A DNA stretch of 64,000 nt, taken from the NCBI RefSeq assembly GCF_004010195.1, contig NC_057718.1, forward strand, positions 79,726,514-79,790,513. Direction: 5' to 3'. Positions 1 to 12,185 of this stretch are shown here, one piece after another. Positions within the stretch are counted from its first letter, which is position 1. Each line of letters opens with the position of its first letter. This stretch comes from Chiloscyllium plagiosum (lineage: Eukaryota). The position numbers were made by a program, and so were the translations under genes. Under the pieces are notes generated by a model. That model was given only the letters and a program-made list of their open reading frames with translations, was not told the origin of the DNA and did no database searches.

Positions 1-12
1 ATTAGTTACTTG

Positions 13-228
13 GAGAAAGTGAAGACTGCAGATGCTGGAGAGTCAGTGTCGAAAAGTGTGGTGCTGGAAAAACACAGCAGATCAAGCAGCATCCGAGGAG
101 CAGGAGAGTCGACGTCTTGCGCATAAGACCTTCCTGATGAAGGTCTTATGCTCTAAATGTCGACTCTCTTATTCCTCAGATGTTGCCTGACCTGTTAGGC
201 TTTTCCAGTGCCAAACATTTTGACTCAC
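13..228. mobile_element. Penelope-like terminal-repeat insertion, inverted pair, with decayed hammerhead core
   Basis: Minus copy ~13-133 and plus copy 134-226 (ctgatgaaggtcttatgctctaaatgtc) are reverse complements. Flanks attagttacttg (1-12) and attggttacttg (229-240) look like a TSD. Homologous to the PLE 3' end at 7690-7810. Confidence 0.8.
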
Positions 229-1744
229 ATTGGTTACTTGTCAACCTAACTTGATTGTTGGAAAGAATGTCAACATTAGTCTTTGGTGTGGAGTGACAGA
301 CCAGCAGCATAAACTGGAAAAAAAACTTGAACTTATTTATGCTAGGTTATCAATAAGGTTTATTGACAGTTGAACAAAATGGCTTCATGTTCAAATCCTG
401 TAAAATGCATATCATATCCAAGAACTCAATTTTGCACAAACTGCAGCTAGCCCATCAACATTTTTAATATCTTCCTATGTCCATGTAGCTGCCTGAGTGG
501 ATCATGCAAACACTTACCCCTTAATCCTAACATTTAAACTTGTACTTCTTGAAAGTTGGGAGCTCACATTGATTAAGTTTCAATGATGAATAATAACTTT
601 CAGATGGATGGCTAGTGTCATAGCTATCATGAACTTTAATTGTGCATTTGCATTCTTTCAATGTTATTAAATTAATAAACACAACCAAAGACCCTGCATC
701 CTACTCTGGAAACAAAGTTATAAAATTACAGGATAAATTAAAAAATCATTCATTTCTCAAATTAAATTCAATTCCAATACAGATGGGTTTCAAGGCTCTC
801 AATGAAGTGAGGCATACTTAAACAGTATGCATCTAAATTGTGTTGTGTACAGCTTGATGAGCACCACTTGGCAAAGAATTATGATGCCAGTGGAATTGTG
901 CTCGGGAATCGTGAATTGTTTTTATTGGACTTAGTAGCTACAAATCCTGTGACTCTAAACTGAGTCCAGAGTATGCTCTGAGACTGGAAATTAGGCAGAT
1001 GCCTGTAGAAACCTCACTGTTCAGCACACTGCTCCAAAGGAATTCAAAAGGGTTCCAACTGAGCTTATGTCTCATCCCCTGGAGTCCCAGGCATTTAGTG
1101 GCTGGAAACTACACAGAATCATTTGGCAATATGAACTGGATATCAGTTCTCACTATTTACCCTGACATAAATCTTCTAGTCCTGTCCCAAGACTTGCATG
1201 TTATTGGCAGGTTTATAAGAAAAGTAAATAAATCAGACAACTACTTTAAAATTAATTAGCTTGACTTTTATAATTACAGTAAACAAAACTCCTCCCAGCA
1301 TTGTATTTCTGTTAGTTTCTTTAGATCTCACATTTTAATATTCGAGTGTCTAGCTGGCCCAATATTCAATTTTTCCAATGGTAAAGGGCCCATCAAGAGC
1401 AGAAATTTCAGCTTTAGAGACTGCCTTTGAAAGTTCAAATGAAAAATGATTGGTAAAGGGGTACTTTCTGTTTGATTGGCATATTATACAAATGAATCAG
1501 AGCAATCTAAAGATATACAATGAAGTTTACAAATCCTTCAAGTTAACTGATCCTGCTTAATTCAAGACTACATCAAGGAAAGATGCAAATCTTTTTGCAT
1601 CATGTTTATGGAATGTTGTTATTTGGAAATCCAGACCTGGGATTGACCTCCCTCTGTACAAAACATTGCATCTTAAAATTGGTTGTGATTTTAAACAGAA
1701 ATTATAATTTACCAGCACTTCATTTAATACAATCTAGTGTTCAT

Positions 1745-2315
1745 AGTCGCCGCTTATTGTGTGGTCTCCTCTACATTGGGGAGATGAAATGCAGACTGGG
1801 TGATTGCTTTGTTGAATACCTCTTCTCTATCTGTAAAAATTACCCTAAGCTTCCAGGTCCCTGCCACTTCAACATGACACTTCATTCCCAGGTCAACATT
1901 TCTGTCTCATACCTATTGTGGTGCTCCAGTGAAGCTCAAAACAAGCAGGAGGAATGATACATCTTCTTCCACCTAGGTCCCTTAAAGCACTCAGGACTCA
2001 ACACTGAGTTTAATTTCTGAGCATGAACATCTCCCTCCATGTTTGTTACACATGCCCCCCCACTCCCAAGGCCCTTTTCTACATTGGCTGCTTTCAACAG
2101 CAATCGCACATCCCGTTAACACCCATTCAGTATTTACTTCTGCCTTGGTTTACTATCAACAATCCCTTTGTGTTACCAGCTGTTTTCAGTTCTAATGAAG
2201 GGTCACTATACTCAAAATATTAACTCTGTTTTATCTCTCCACGGATGCTATCTACTGAGTTTCTCCAGCATTTTCTGATTCTGTTTCAGATCTCTAGCAT
2301 CTGCAGTTCTTCATT
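1745..2315 (+). mobile_element. Old Penelope-like element 3' fragment (GIY-YIG endonuclease C-terminus plus terminal repeat)
   Basis: ORF 1583-1957 contains CGLLYIGEMKCRLGDCFVEYL...HFN, similar to 7220-7330. Decayed hammerhead-like tctaatgaagggtcactatactcaaaatatt at ~2191-2221, then a ccagcat...gcatctgcag tail. Confidence 0.75.
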
Positions 2316-2329
2316 TTAAAAAAAATTCT

Positions 2330-2510
2330 ATGGGGACTTGTCAGGATAGATGTGGAGAATTTTAGACGAAGAGGCATAATCTCAGAATAAGGATTTAAGA
2401 CAGAGATGAGGAAGAATTTCTTTTCTCAGAGAATAATGAATCTGTGAAATTCTTTACCACGGATGGCTGTTGCGGCTGAGTTGATAAATATATCAAGATT
2501 GAGAGAGACA
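2330..2510 (+). mobile_element. CR1-type LINE 3' fragment
   Basis: gaggcataatctcagaataa...gagatgaggaagaatttc...tctcagag resembles the ORF2 C-terminus at 22825-22920. Confidence 0.6.
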
Positions 2511-2511
2511 G

Positions 2512-2750
2512 ACTGAAAACAAAAAAAAGGTAGAAATCACAGCAGATCAGGCAGTATCCATGGAGTGAAAGCACACTAATGTTTTGAGTCTAGATTACTT
2601 TTCATCAGAGCTAAGGTAAAGTGTGGAAGGGGCAGCATTTATCCAATAATGGGGGAAGGGGAGGGAGGTTGGGGATTTGGAGTGCTGAGATAGAAAGGAT
2701 GTTGATAGTTCAGATTAAGTAATTGGAATGTGAGAATGGCAGAACAATGA
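2512..2750 (-). mobile_element. Decayed PLE terminal repeat (long stem-II subfamily)
   Basis: Reverse strand reads ctctgatgaaaagtaatctagactcaaaacattag...tggatactgcctgatctgctgtgatt. Same family as 41250-41380. Confidence 0.6.
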
Positions 2751-2753
2751 TGT

Positions 2754-2886
2754 GGTGAAAATGAGGACTGCAGACGCTGGAGATTAGAGTCAAGATTAGA
2801 GTGGTGCTGGAAATGCACAGCAGGGCAGGCAGCATCCGAGAAGCAGGAAAATTGACGTTTTGGGCAAAAACCCTTCATCAGGAATG
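2754..2886 (-). mobile_element. PLE terminal repeat with hammerhead core (core G mutated)
   Basis: Reverse strand reads cctgatgaagggtttttgcccaaaacgtc. Begins with the ggtgaaaatgaggactgcagacgctggagat tail seen in other copies. Confidence 0.8.
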
Positions 2887-5095
2887 AGCAAATGTTGCAA
2901 GCTACTGGGATTCTTCTGCTAAAGCACCTAGCTTTAAAAAGAATCCTGCTAAATACAATCTAAGATTTAACTCTGAAATTGGTGATCTGTTATATGCTGT
3001 GAGACAGTTTACTGTAGGCTATACCGTGAGGCACCACTGCTGAGCTACATGTTTTTAAGGATGTGGAGAGGCAATGACTTGGCACCATCTTTTATTTCAT
3101 GTACCTTTTCATGTTTTTGGAATTGCAGGCTTGCAGTTGCAGATTTCTCTGTGTTGGCAGTATGCATGGCAAATAAGGAATGAAAACATCACACAAATCT
3201 TTTTTATCTTTGCATCAATTTTGAGAATAAAAATCGCATAACATACCAAAGCCTGGGCACACATAAAACTCTTCTAAATAGTATTTTCTTGAAGGGCACT
3301 GTAGAGCTGTGCTCTTAGGATCTTTTATACACATTTTCAAAAATAAAGAGGTAGTGCACTCACTGCGCCTCAGTACTGTAGCCTTTCATTTTGATTTTAG
3401 TTTCATAGCAGTTAGTAACCACTGTAACCACCATTAGTTTTTGTAGTCTCATTATTCTAAATCAATGCAATGTTAGAAATGGCTTATCTCTTTAAAAACT
3501 TATACACTAGCAAAAAGAAAATGATCTCTGCCTTCTTGTTGATCAATGCCATATATACTGTCCATACTCTCAGAAATTGATGTTATTGACTTCACTGATG
3601 TCCAAGCTGTTACCTGGTTGGTCTTCAATTAGCTTTCCAAATAGCTACCACCAAGATACTAGAGTCGTTTTGAACATTGTTAACAATAATCTTTCTGCCA
3701 ATTACACATTTTACCTAACTTGGCAATGCTTGCATTATCCCTCATAACATAAGAAACTTGGATATCATGGTACTGGAGAATCTAACATATTTATTATAGA
3801 TGACTACTATACAAAGCATTAGATTATACTAGAACAGCATTGATCAGCATGGTTCCAGTGGCATGCCATGTTTCAAGTAATCCCAGGTAAGAGAGTGTAT
3901 GACACATGGTCTGATACAGTGATGATAACACATGCATGTCTCTTAACATTATACTGACTCTGAGACTTAACAGAACATCAAGTAATCTGGTCTGATCAGA
4001 TCGGGGTAGTCTTGGGTTAGATAGTATTTGGAGGTTTTGACAGTCGAGAGAATTGTTGGGATTAGTGAGAGTGACTGGGGAGTGCGATGAGGGGTTCTGT
4101 GGTTAACTGAGCATTAGCTGGGTCTTTTCTGTCTCACATATCCTTGGCAATTATCTCAGTAAGTACATCTGTACAGCTGAAATCTCTGACTCTGATTAGA
4201 TCAGGGAAATTAATCAGGGAAAAGTTGAAAATTCTTGTCTCCTGCAAGCTGGATATCAGAGGAATTGGGTCTAAATAATTTCATTTAAACTAATAATAGA
4301 AAATGACCAGAAAATATGGAAAACTGCTTAATTGAAGAATAATTTATTTAACTGATTTAATTTGGAGCCTAGCACAGTAGATTGGAAATGGTGTTTGTAG
4401 GATTATGCAGTAATGAAGAAATGAAAGCATTTTGGGAAGAGAGATTCCAAGCATAAACTAGGCACAGTTGAGACTTGAGAATGATGTGGACAAAATGGAG
4501 AAATGGGTGGAAACTTAGTAGATAGGAAAGTATAAGGTGATGGGAAGATGGACAAAAAGCAATGTGTGTTCTGATTTTGAAAACTAAATGAGTAGAGATA
4601 TAATGGTGTCTATAAGCATAAATATTTAAATGTGGAAGGGTAGGTTTCTAAGGCGGTTAAAAACTTTTAGATAGTTGAATTTATAGATATTGATAAAATA
4701 TATCAAAGTGGATAAATCTTGCTAAAACTTCATAAATCACTAGTCAGGCCTAAATCGAGGTGCTGCAGACAACTTTAGGCATCACAAAAAAAAATAAAGG
4801 TCTTAGAAATGTCTCCAGGAATATTTACAAGATATCTACAATACTATATATGCATTTATGTATGATGATGGTCAAAATAAGGTTCATGTTTCAAACTACA
4901 AAAAAAAGTTTTGATAAGCTTTGCTTATGCAACCAAAATAATTTACCTTAGAATTTGTATCACCTGAAACATTTTTATGTTGTAATGAAGGCTGTTACAG
5001 CATTTGTGCTAAGACCTGTAAACTGATTATAGATTTATGATCTGACTGCAACCTCCAGTGTGCATAGCAAAGCCCAATCAGTCAAATACTTTCCT

Positions 5096-5109
5096 GTTGC
5101 CATGGAAAC
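5096..5109. promoter_or_regulatory. Candidate RFX X-box, with CCAAT box 18 bp upstream
   Basis: GTTGCCATGGAAAC is a near-palindromic X-box, and CCAAT lies at 5074-5078, in sequence I do not recognise as repeat. Motif match only. Confidence 0.3.
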
Positions 5110-5462
5110 TGTTACCTACGGACAGACTGGACTGTTACATCACCATATAGCATATTATTTATTTGCAATTTTCTCCCCTCCACTTGCTAGGCACAAGCTC
5201 ATAAGTATTGTTTGTTGCCTCATTCTTACAGCATTTATTTATAAGTGACCTTTGATAATGAGTATTGGCAAAGTATTTAACTGCAATGGCATCACAAATC
5301 TGTACTCACCCAATGTCTAAATATGAGCATTTCCAAAGGATTTACTAAATGGAGATAACAATTGGATAATCTGCCAATTCTCCCCCTAAAAGCCTCGTGT
5401 CCACTGCTGAGCTGAACAAGTTGGCACAGATTGAACATTGATTCTGGAACTTTCTTGGTTTG

Positions 5463-5562
5463 AGGGGAATTCCTGAAGAAGGGTTCATGCCCGAAACGTC
5501 GATTCTCCTGCCCCTTGGATGCTGCCTGACCTGCTGCGCCTTTCCAGCAACACATTTTCAGC
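5463..5562 (+). mobile_element. 100-bp PLE terminal-repeat insertion with intact hammerhead core
   Basis: CTGAAGA-A-GGGT-TCAT-GCCC-GAAAC-GTC at 5473-5500. Perfect 15-bp TSD aactttcttggtttg at 5448-5462 and 5563-5577. Confidence 0.88.
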
Positions 5563-5598
5563 AACTTTCTTGGTTTGCTTGGCTCATGTACTTATTGG

Positions 5599-5773
5599 GA
5601 GAAGGTGAGGACTGCAGATGCTGGAGATCAGAGTCGAGAATGTAGTGCTGGAAAAGTACAGTAGGTCAGGCAGCACCCAAGGAACAGGAGAATCAACATT
5701 TCGGGCGTAAGTCCTTCATCAGGAATCAGGATGCTGCCTGACCTGCTGTGCTTTTCTAGCACTACATTCTCGA
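5599..5773. mobile_element. PLE terminal-repeat insertion, inverted pair
   Basis: Minus copy 5599-5727 with tail and hammerhead-like core; short plus copy 5728-5776. Flanking direct repeat ctcatgtacttattgg at 5583-5598 and 5774-5789. Confidence 0.88.
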
Positions 5774-6234
5774 CTCATGTACTTATTGGACTCACTTGCT
5801 GAACCACTGGGAGAGCAGAGAATCCTGTTAATAGTTCAATTATATTTTGTAAACTCAGTTTGCATAAAGTGAAAAAACAGTAAGAATTCTGAAGAACCAT
5901 AAGGAATTCCAAATTCAATATGCACTAGAAAGCTTTTCTCTAACAGACATATGGATCCAGCAGAAATTGAACTAAACATTTAATAAAATTAAGAAAGTAT
6001 TCCATACTTATGGAAGTGAAATATTGAACTACAAACTTAGGGAAATCGTATTTGGGATTTTGCTAACACCAAATTACCTGTGGCAATTTTCACCACCATC
6101 AGAGGAAAGGAGTAATTAAAGGATCTGGCAAGTTGACAGGCTCATTTGATTTCATGTTATTAATTGAGGTCAGACAAATGATAAAGGTCCCTCTTGTGGT
6201 ACAGAGGCAGTGTTCCCACCACTGAACGAGGAGG

Positions 6235-7810
6235 CCTGGGAACTGGTTCTCACCATTAACAACTTTTCCTTCCAATCCTCCCACTTCCTCCAAACCAAAG
6301 GGGTAGCCGTGGGCACCTGCTTGGGCTCCAGCTATGCCTGCCTTTTTGTCGGGAACGTGGAACAGTCAATCTTTCGCAGTTACACCGGCACCATTCCCCA
6401 CCTTTTCCTCCATTACATCGATGACTGTATTGGTGCCACCTCGTGCTCCCACGAGGAGGTTGAACAGTTCATCAACTTCACTAACACCTTTCACCCGGAC
6501 CTCAGATTCACCTGGACCATCTCGGACAACTCCTTCCCCTTCCTGGATCTCTCCATTTCCATCTCCATCGAACGACTAACCACAGACATCTACTACAAAC
6601 ACACCAACTCCCACAGGTACCTAGACTACACCTCCTCCCACCCTGCCTCCTGTAAAAATGCCATCTCTTATTCCCAATTCCTCCGCCTCTGCAGCATCTG
6701 TTTCCAGGATGACCAAGTCCACCATAGAAAATCCCAGATGGCCTCCTTCTTCAAAGACCGCAATTTCCCTTCCAACGTGGTCGACGATGCCCTCCAGTGC
6801 ATCTCCTCCATTTCCGACACCTCCGCCCTTGAACCCCAACCCTCCCAACGCAACAAGGACAGAACTCCCCTGGTCCTCAGCTTCCACCCCATCAACTTCC
6901 GTTTCAATCACATCATCCTCCGCCACTTCTGCCACCTACAAAAGACCTCACTACTAGGGATATATTTCCCTCCTCACCCTTATCAGCGTTTTGGAGAGAC
7001 CATTCCTCCCGCAACTCCCTTGTCAGATCCATGTCCACCTCCACCCCCCAATCAGCCCACACCCCACTTCCAGCACCTAGCTCTGCCACTGCAAGAAGTG
7101 CAAAATACGCGCCCACACTTCCCCCCTCACCTCGGTCCAAGGTCCCAGAGGATCCTTCCACATCCGACAGAAATTCACTTGTACTTCCACAAACGTTATC
7201 TACTATATCCAATGCACCCGATGTGGTCTCCTCTACATCAGGGAGACAAAACGCCAGAGAACATCTCTGGGACAGCCGCACCAACTAACCCCACCACCCC
7301 GTGGCTGAATACTTTTATTCCCCCTCCCACTCCGCCAAGGACATGCAAGTCCTGGGCTTTCTCCATTGCCAAACCCTAACCACCCGACACCTGGAAGAAG
7401 AATGCCTCATCTTCCACGTTGGGACCCTGCAACCACATGGGAATAATGTGGATTTCACCAGTTTCCTCATTTCCCCTACTCCATCTTATCCCAGTCCCAA
7501 GTCTCCAATCTGGCACTGTCCTTTTGACCTGTCCTACCTGTCCATTGTCTTTCCCATCTTTCTGCTTCACCCTCCTCTCTGACTTATCACCTTCTCCCCC
7601 ACCTTAATCTACCTATCTCATTCTCAGCTACCTTGCCCCAGCCCCACCCTCCTCCCATTTATCTCTCAGCAACTCGGCCCACAAACCTTATTCCTGATGA
7701 AGGGCATATGCCCGAAATGTCGACTCTCCTGCTCCTCAGATGCTGCCTGGCCTGCTGTGCTTTTCTGGCACCACACTCTATGACTCTGATCTCCAGTCCT
7801 CACTTTCTCC
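6235..7810 (+). mobile_element. 5'-truncated Penelope-like retroelement (Neptune-like): RT, Cys-rich linker, GIY-YIG endonuclease and hammerhead-bearing 3' repeat; frameshifted
   Basis: RT motifs QTKGVAVG..YACLF, YIDD (6414-6425), FLD and YYKHTNSHRYLDYTSSHP..KNAISYSQFLRL. Other frames give CHCKKCK (~7084), VIYYIQCTRCGLLYIRET (7195-7248) and EEECLIFHVGTLQPHGNN. Hammerhead core at 7694-7721. Confidence 0.92.
7694..7721 (+). ncRNA. Minimal hammerhead ribozyme motif in PLE 3' repeat
   Basis: CTGATGA-A-GGGC-ATAT-GCCC-GAAAT-GTC. The C>T at the stem-III CpG differs from other copies. Confidence 0.7.
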
Positions 7811-9543
7811 ATATATGTAAACATGTCTTATAAAACATAGTTCGGGGACAACCTTCCTGATAACTTTATTTTGCCATCGACAAATCACAATAAAGATGCA
7901 TTTCTCTATTATAGATCAGTTAATGTTTAAATTGTACTTTATCAAGGAGAAAAATAAATGAGTTACCCATCCCCTCTTCAGTTCTCATGCAGTATTGAGA
8001 ACCCCGTAAATAAGTAATTGATTGTCAGTAAAGTGAAATCAAAAGCAACAAAACTATTACTTCTGCTTTGATAATGAACATTGTAAAATCATCTCAACAC
8101 TTAACAGATATATCAGAGGTAGGACATAATGTCACTGAAAATAAGTAAAAATAGGAACGCTCAGCAAGTGCATTAGTTTAGAATTTAAATTATGACACTA
8201 AAAATTACACTTTTCAATTAAGCTCAATATAGCCTTTTCTACAACATTGTCAGTGATAGATGCCTTTTCTTTGCCAGATTTCCCATACTTCCACACACTC
8301 TTGTTCTGCTATAACCATTCACACCTCCCTTGCACCCACTCTTTGCTTCTTTAGTTCTTCTTTAGGATTCCCTTTTGCCTTACACCATTAATTCAGTTAT
8401 CATTTAATTAATCATATTTTCTCCCTATCACAGATCCCCATCTTTCTCCTATGCTTCCCTTCACTTTACCATGACTTTGTATGTGTTGAGATGCTCTTAA
8501 TCTCCAACGTCTTCCAGTTCAAATGAAAGATCATCAGCTGAAGCATTGGTCCCAATATCTACTGGAAGGTGGGAGGGTGCAAGTGAAGTTTTGTGAATGG
8601 AGAGGACTTTATTATTATAGTCACAGTGACATTTACAGCACAGATTAAGGCCATTCAGCCCACCAATGCTGGTGCTGGTCAACAAAGATGACATTAATTC
8701 CATTTTCCAGCTCTTACCTTGTAGCCTGGAAGCGATGGCACAAGTGAATATCTAAGTACGACTAAAACATTTCAAGACTTTCTGACTCAACCACCCATTG
8801 AAGAAAATCCAAACAGGATGCAGGAAGGTTGCAAATTAGTCACAAGTGGAGAGGCTGTTTCAGGAGAGAAGAAGTGAGAGGCTGGAGCTTGGGGTGGGAA
8901 AGGGAAGCAATTTCAGAATGGAGGAGAATAGGAGTTCTGGAGTCACCAGGCGAACTTTACAATTGCAGCCCTGAGTGATTAGTAGAGGGTAAGACAAAGG
9001 CTTCTTTGAAGGAAGTCTTCCTACTTCTCCTAGCCTGCATGGAATACTGCTAAATGCACTTAACCTCTTGAGCTGGTAACTCTTACTTTTCTTTCAGTGC
9101 CACTAACATGTGCAAACTTTGCTTTTCTCTTCATAGATGCTACTTCACCTGTTGAGAGTTTCCAACATTTTCCCGCTTTACCTACATTTGTACCTACATC
9201 TAGAAGTAGCTTATTGAAAGAAAGACAAGTCAGTTAAAGGTAAAAATGGAATGGACTGCAGTTTGGACTGAGAGAGAAGCTGAGAATTTAGGGAGTGAGG
9301 CAATCTTACAGGTCAATCTCTTTCTAAAAATGTAACCACTTACAGTTTAACTGAAAATTACTGTTTAAGTAAAGTTTAAGTTTGTTCAAGACTTAGGCAG
9401 AGATTAAATGCACTGATAACTGGATAGTAGCTATAATAATCTTCGAGGGGAAAGTGAGGACTGCAGATGCTGGAGATCAGAGCTGAAAATGTGTTGCTGG
9501 AAAAGCGCAGCAGGTCAGGCAGCATCCAAGGAACAGGAGAATC

Positions 9544-9571
9544 GACGTTTCGGGCATAAGCCCTTCTTCAG
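9544..9571 (-). ncRNA. Minimal hammerhead ribozyme motif, intact core, PRKN-sense strand
   Basis: Reverse strand reads CTGAAGA-A-GGGC-TTAT-GCCC-GAAAC-GTC. The mirror copy at 9838-9865 ends in GTT. Confidence 0.75.
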
Positions 9572-9586
9572 GAATGAGGAAAGTGT

Positions 9587-9666
9587 NNNNNNNNNNNNNN
9601 NNNNNNNNNNNNNNNNNNNNNNNNNNNNNNNNNNNNNNNNNNNNNNNNNNNNNNNNNNNNNNNNNN
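9587..9666. other. Assembly gap (80 N)
   Basis: Run of N. Confidence 1.
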
Positions 9667-11894
9667 AGCACCGCCTTCCTAACCTGCAATCTTCTTCCTG
9701 ACCTCTCCGCTCCCACCCCACTCCGGCCTATCACCCTCACCTTGACCTCCTTCCACCTATCGCATTTCCAACGCCCCTCCCCCAAGTCCCTCCTCCCTAC
9801 CTTTTATCTTAGCCGGCTGGGCACACTTCCCTCATTCCTGAAGAAGGGCTTATGCCCGAAACGTTGATTCTCCTGTTCCTTGGATGCTGCCTGACCTGCT
9901 GTGCTTTTCCAGCAACACATTTTCAGCAGTAGCTATAATAAATTAATTATGCAGCTCGTTTGATCAGTTCTACTGCAGCAGAGCTGACTTTTCCCATTTT
10001 CAGTCAGGAAAGTATGGGGGTTCTGAGGGCAACTTGCATTGAGTGTTGCTTGCACTGAGTGAGAAGCTGGGAATTTGGTGAGTGAAGGAGGGATTAAGGA
10101 GATACCCTTTTCCTTTTTTATCTTTTCCACTCCACTGGTGCTGGCCAACAAAGTTCCCCTTGATGCCTGCTATCTCCCACACTGTTCCATTTTTAAACAT
10201 TTCCCTGGTCAAGCTCACTTCCTGCACAGTTAACAACAGCTGCTCCAATCACAATGCATTTCCCCCTTTAAAATTTGTAGTCTAGCTTTTAAACATTTCT
10301 AGATATCGTTAAGTGATGTTAGCCATTCACAATGCCAGTGTTTGCTGATGGATTCAGGCAAATGATAATGTGGTTAATGGTTAGAGTCTGAAATCAGAAA
10401 TTGAACTTTGCTCCCTCTGTGCTTTAGCCTGAAGAGAAAATCTGGCGTGTTGTGTTTTGATTTGAATGTAAGAGAAGTTTCCACAAAACAGTTACAAAAA
10501 TAAAGTCATAGATTCTCAATGGATCAACCTCAGGAAATAGCCTCAGGAAATTATAACCATTACCTATTTGTTCAGGACTGAAAAAACACTTGCCCTTCAT
10601 TTTTAAGTCATGCACCATTTAGTCATAGATAGTCATTTATAAATAGTTAATTTCATAATTCCCATCCATGTATTCAACTCACTCAATGGCCTCATCCATC
10701 TCCCTCTGCCTTAGTATATCTTTGAGCCCTACAACTTTCACAGATTCATGTATTCCTCTAATTCTGATCTTCTGTACATTTCTGATATTTATTGCCCCAT
10801 CACCGTTGATGTGCCTTCAGATATCTAGGCCTAATGGCTGGAATTCCATCTTTAAACTTCTCTGCCTTTCTGCCTCTCTTTACTAACCCTGCCACCCCAA
10901 AAACACTCCTCAGACCCAACTCATTTGCTCAAATATCCCCTTTAGTAATACTTTTGTGAAGAAACGAGGGTCAATTTAAAGCCAGTCTAAGTGGATCCTG
11001 TTGTTGAAATGAATAGGAGCTGCTTTATATTTTAGAATTCTATACTGGTAAACAGATTAGGATTTTCAATGATATGGCAACAAGTGAGCCTCACTGAATT
11101 ATGCACATACACTGCACTAGCTGCTGAGAGATTCTGCTTTTGGCTTCTGTCCATGTCTTCATTACTACAATCGCAACCTCACCACAGGGAGGTTAAGCTA
11201 AACATCAACTCTAATCCCCTGGCTGCTGAACCATCATCTGGAAAGTTAATAGTGCTATCAGGCCCTTTGATACCTCAGCTAGCTATAGGAATAATTTCAA
11301 TCGAACTGCTAACCTGATCATGTTAATGGCAAATAAAATAACTTGTTTCCCAGTCAGTTTGGGGCTTCACTGAATAATTTTCAGTCAATGGCCCCTCAAG
11401 AATTACTGAAGAGCTGCCAAATATTAATTGAAACAATTAATGGAATGGATCATGTGAAGAACCTGGATACTAGTGCAGCATAATCTATTCTGGTTAAGAA
11501 GTCTTTACAGGATTAATTCTGAAAGAGCTGGAGTTACAATTACTTGAAGAAGTCCCAAAAGGTTAGTAGACTACATGGTAATTAGAAGTTTCTAATATGT
11601 AGTATTTCTCAGGGAATGGTGTTTTACACTAAGTACCAAGGTATCTTCACAGCACAATCCAAGAAAGTCACAAGAACTCTCTTAGAGAGGCATTGTTGTT
11701 TTCATCAAGCTCTCTTTTAAATTTAATGATTCTGAAATCCACAGAGCCTTCAGCCTTTGTAGACATGTTCCATTTTTTATGGGGAGAATTCCACTCCAGT
11801 ATTGTAAACAAAGAGCAATATTTGTAAGACAACAAAAAGACAGAAATCCTGCTTATAATTATTATTGTCTTATACTAAACTTACTTCAAATATA

Positions 11895-12185
11895 TGGTGG
11901 CTCAGTGTTTAGCACGGCTGCCTCACAGTATCAGGGACCCGGGTTTGATTCTACCCTCAGGTGACTGTCGTGTGGAGTTTGCATGTTCTTCCAGTGTCTG
12001 CATTGCTTTCCACTGTGTGCTCTGGTTTACTTTGACAGTCCAAAGATGTGCAGCTTAAGTGGATTGGCCATGCTAAATTGCCCATAGTGTGCAGGGATTG
12101 GGTAGGGGTGTGGATCAGGGTGGGATGCTCTTTGGAGGACTTGATGGGCCAAGTGGCCTGCTTCTACACTGTAAGGATTCTATGA
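11895..12185 (+). mobile_element. HE1/V-SINE-type tRNA-derived SINE, diverged
   Basis: A box tggctcagtgtt, B box ggtttgattct, central gtggagtttgcatgttct...cagtccaaagatgtgcag...ggccatgctaaattgccc, LINE-like 3' tail. Confidence 0.85.

Larger units (their letters stand above)
9440..9927. mobile_element. Young PLE terminal-repeat insertion, inverted pair spanning an assembly gap
   Basis: Minus copy 9445-9586 and plus copy 9667-9927 are near-identical where they overlap. 14-bp TSD agtagctataataa at 9426-9439 and 9928-9941. Confidence 0.9.

Noticed and set aside
6210..7379. 389-aa ORF as a host gene
   Set aside because: It is PLE reverse transcriptase; the Pro-rich C-terminus is an out-of-frame read after a frameshift.
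5448..9941. Recurrent short repeats with small hairpins as a CRISPR-like array
   Set aside because: They are dispersed, in mixed orientation, TSD-flanked, lack regular spacers and cas genes, and sit in a eukaryotic context.
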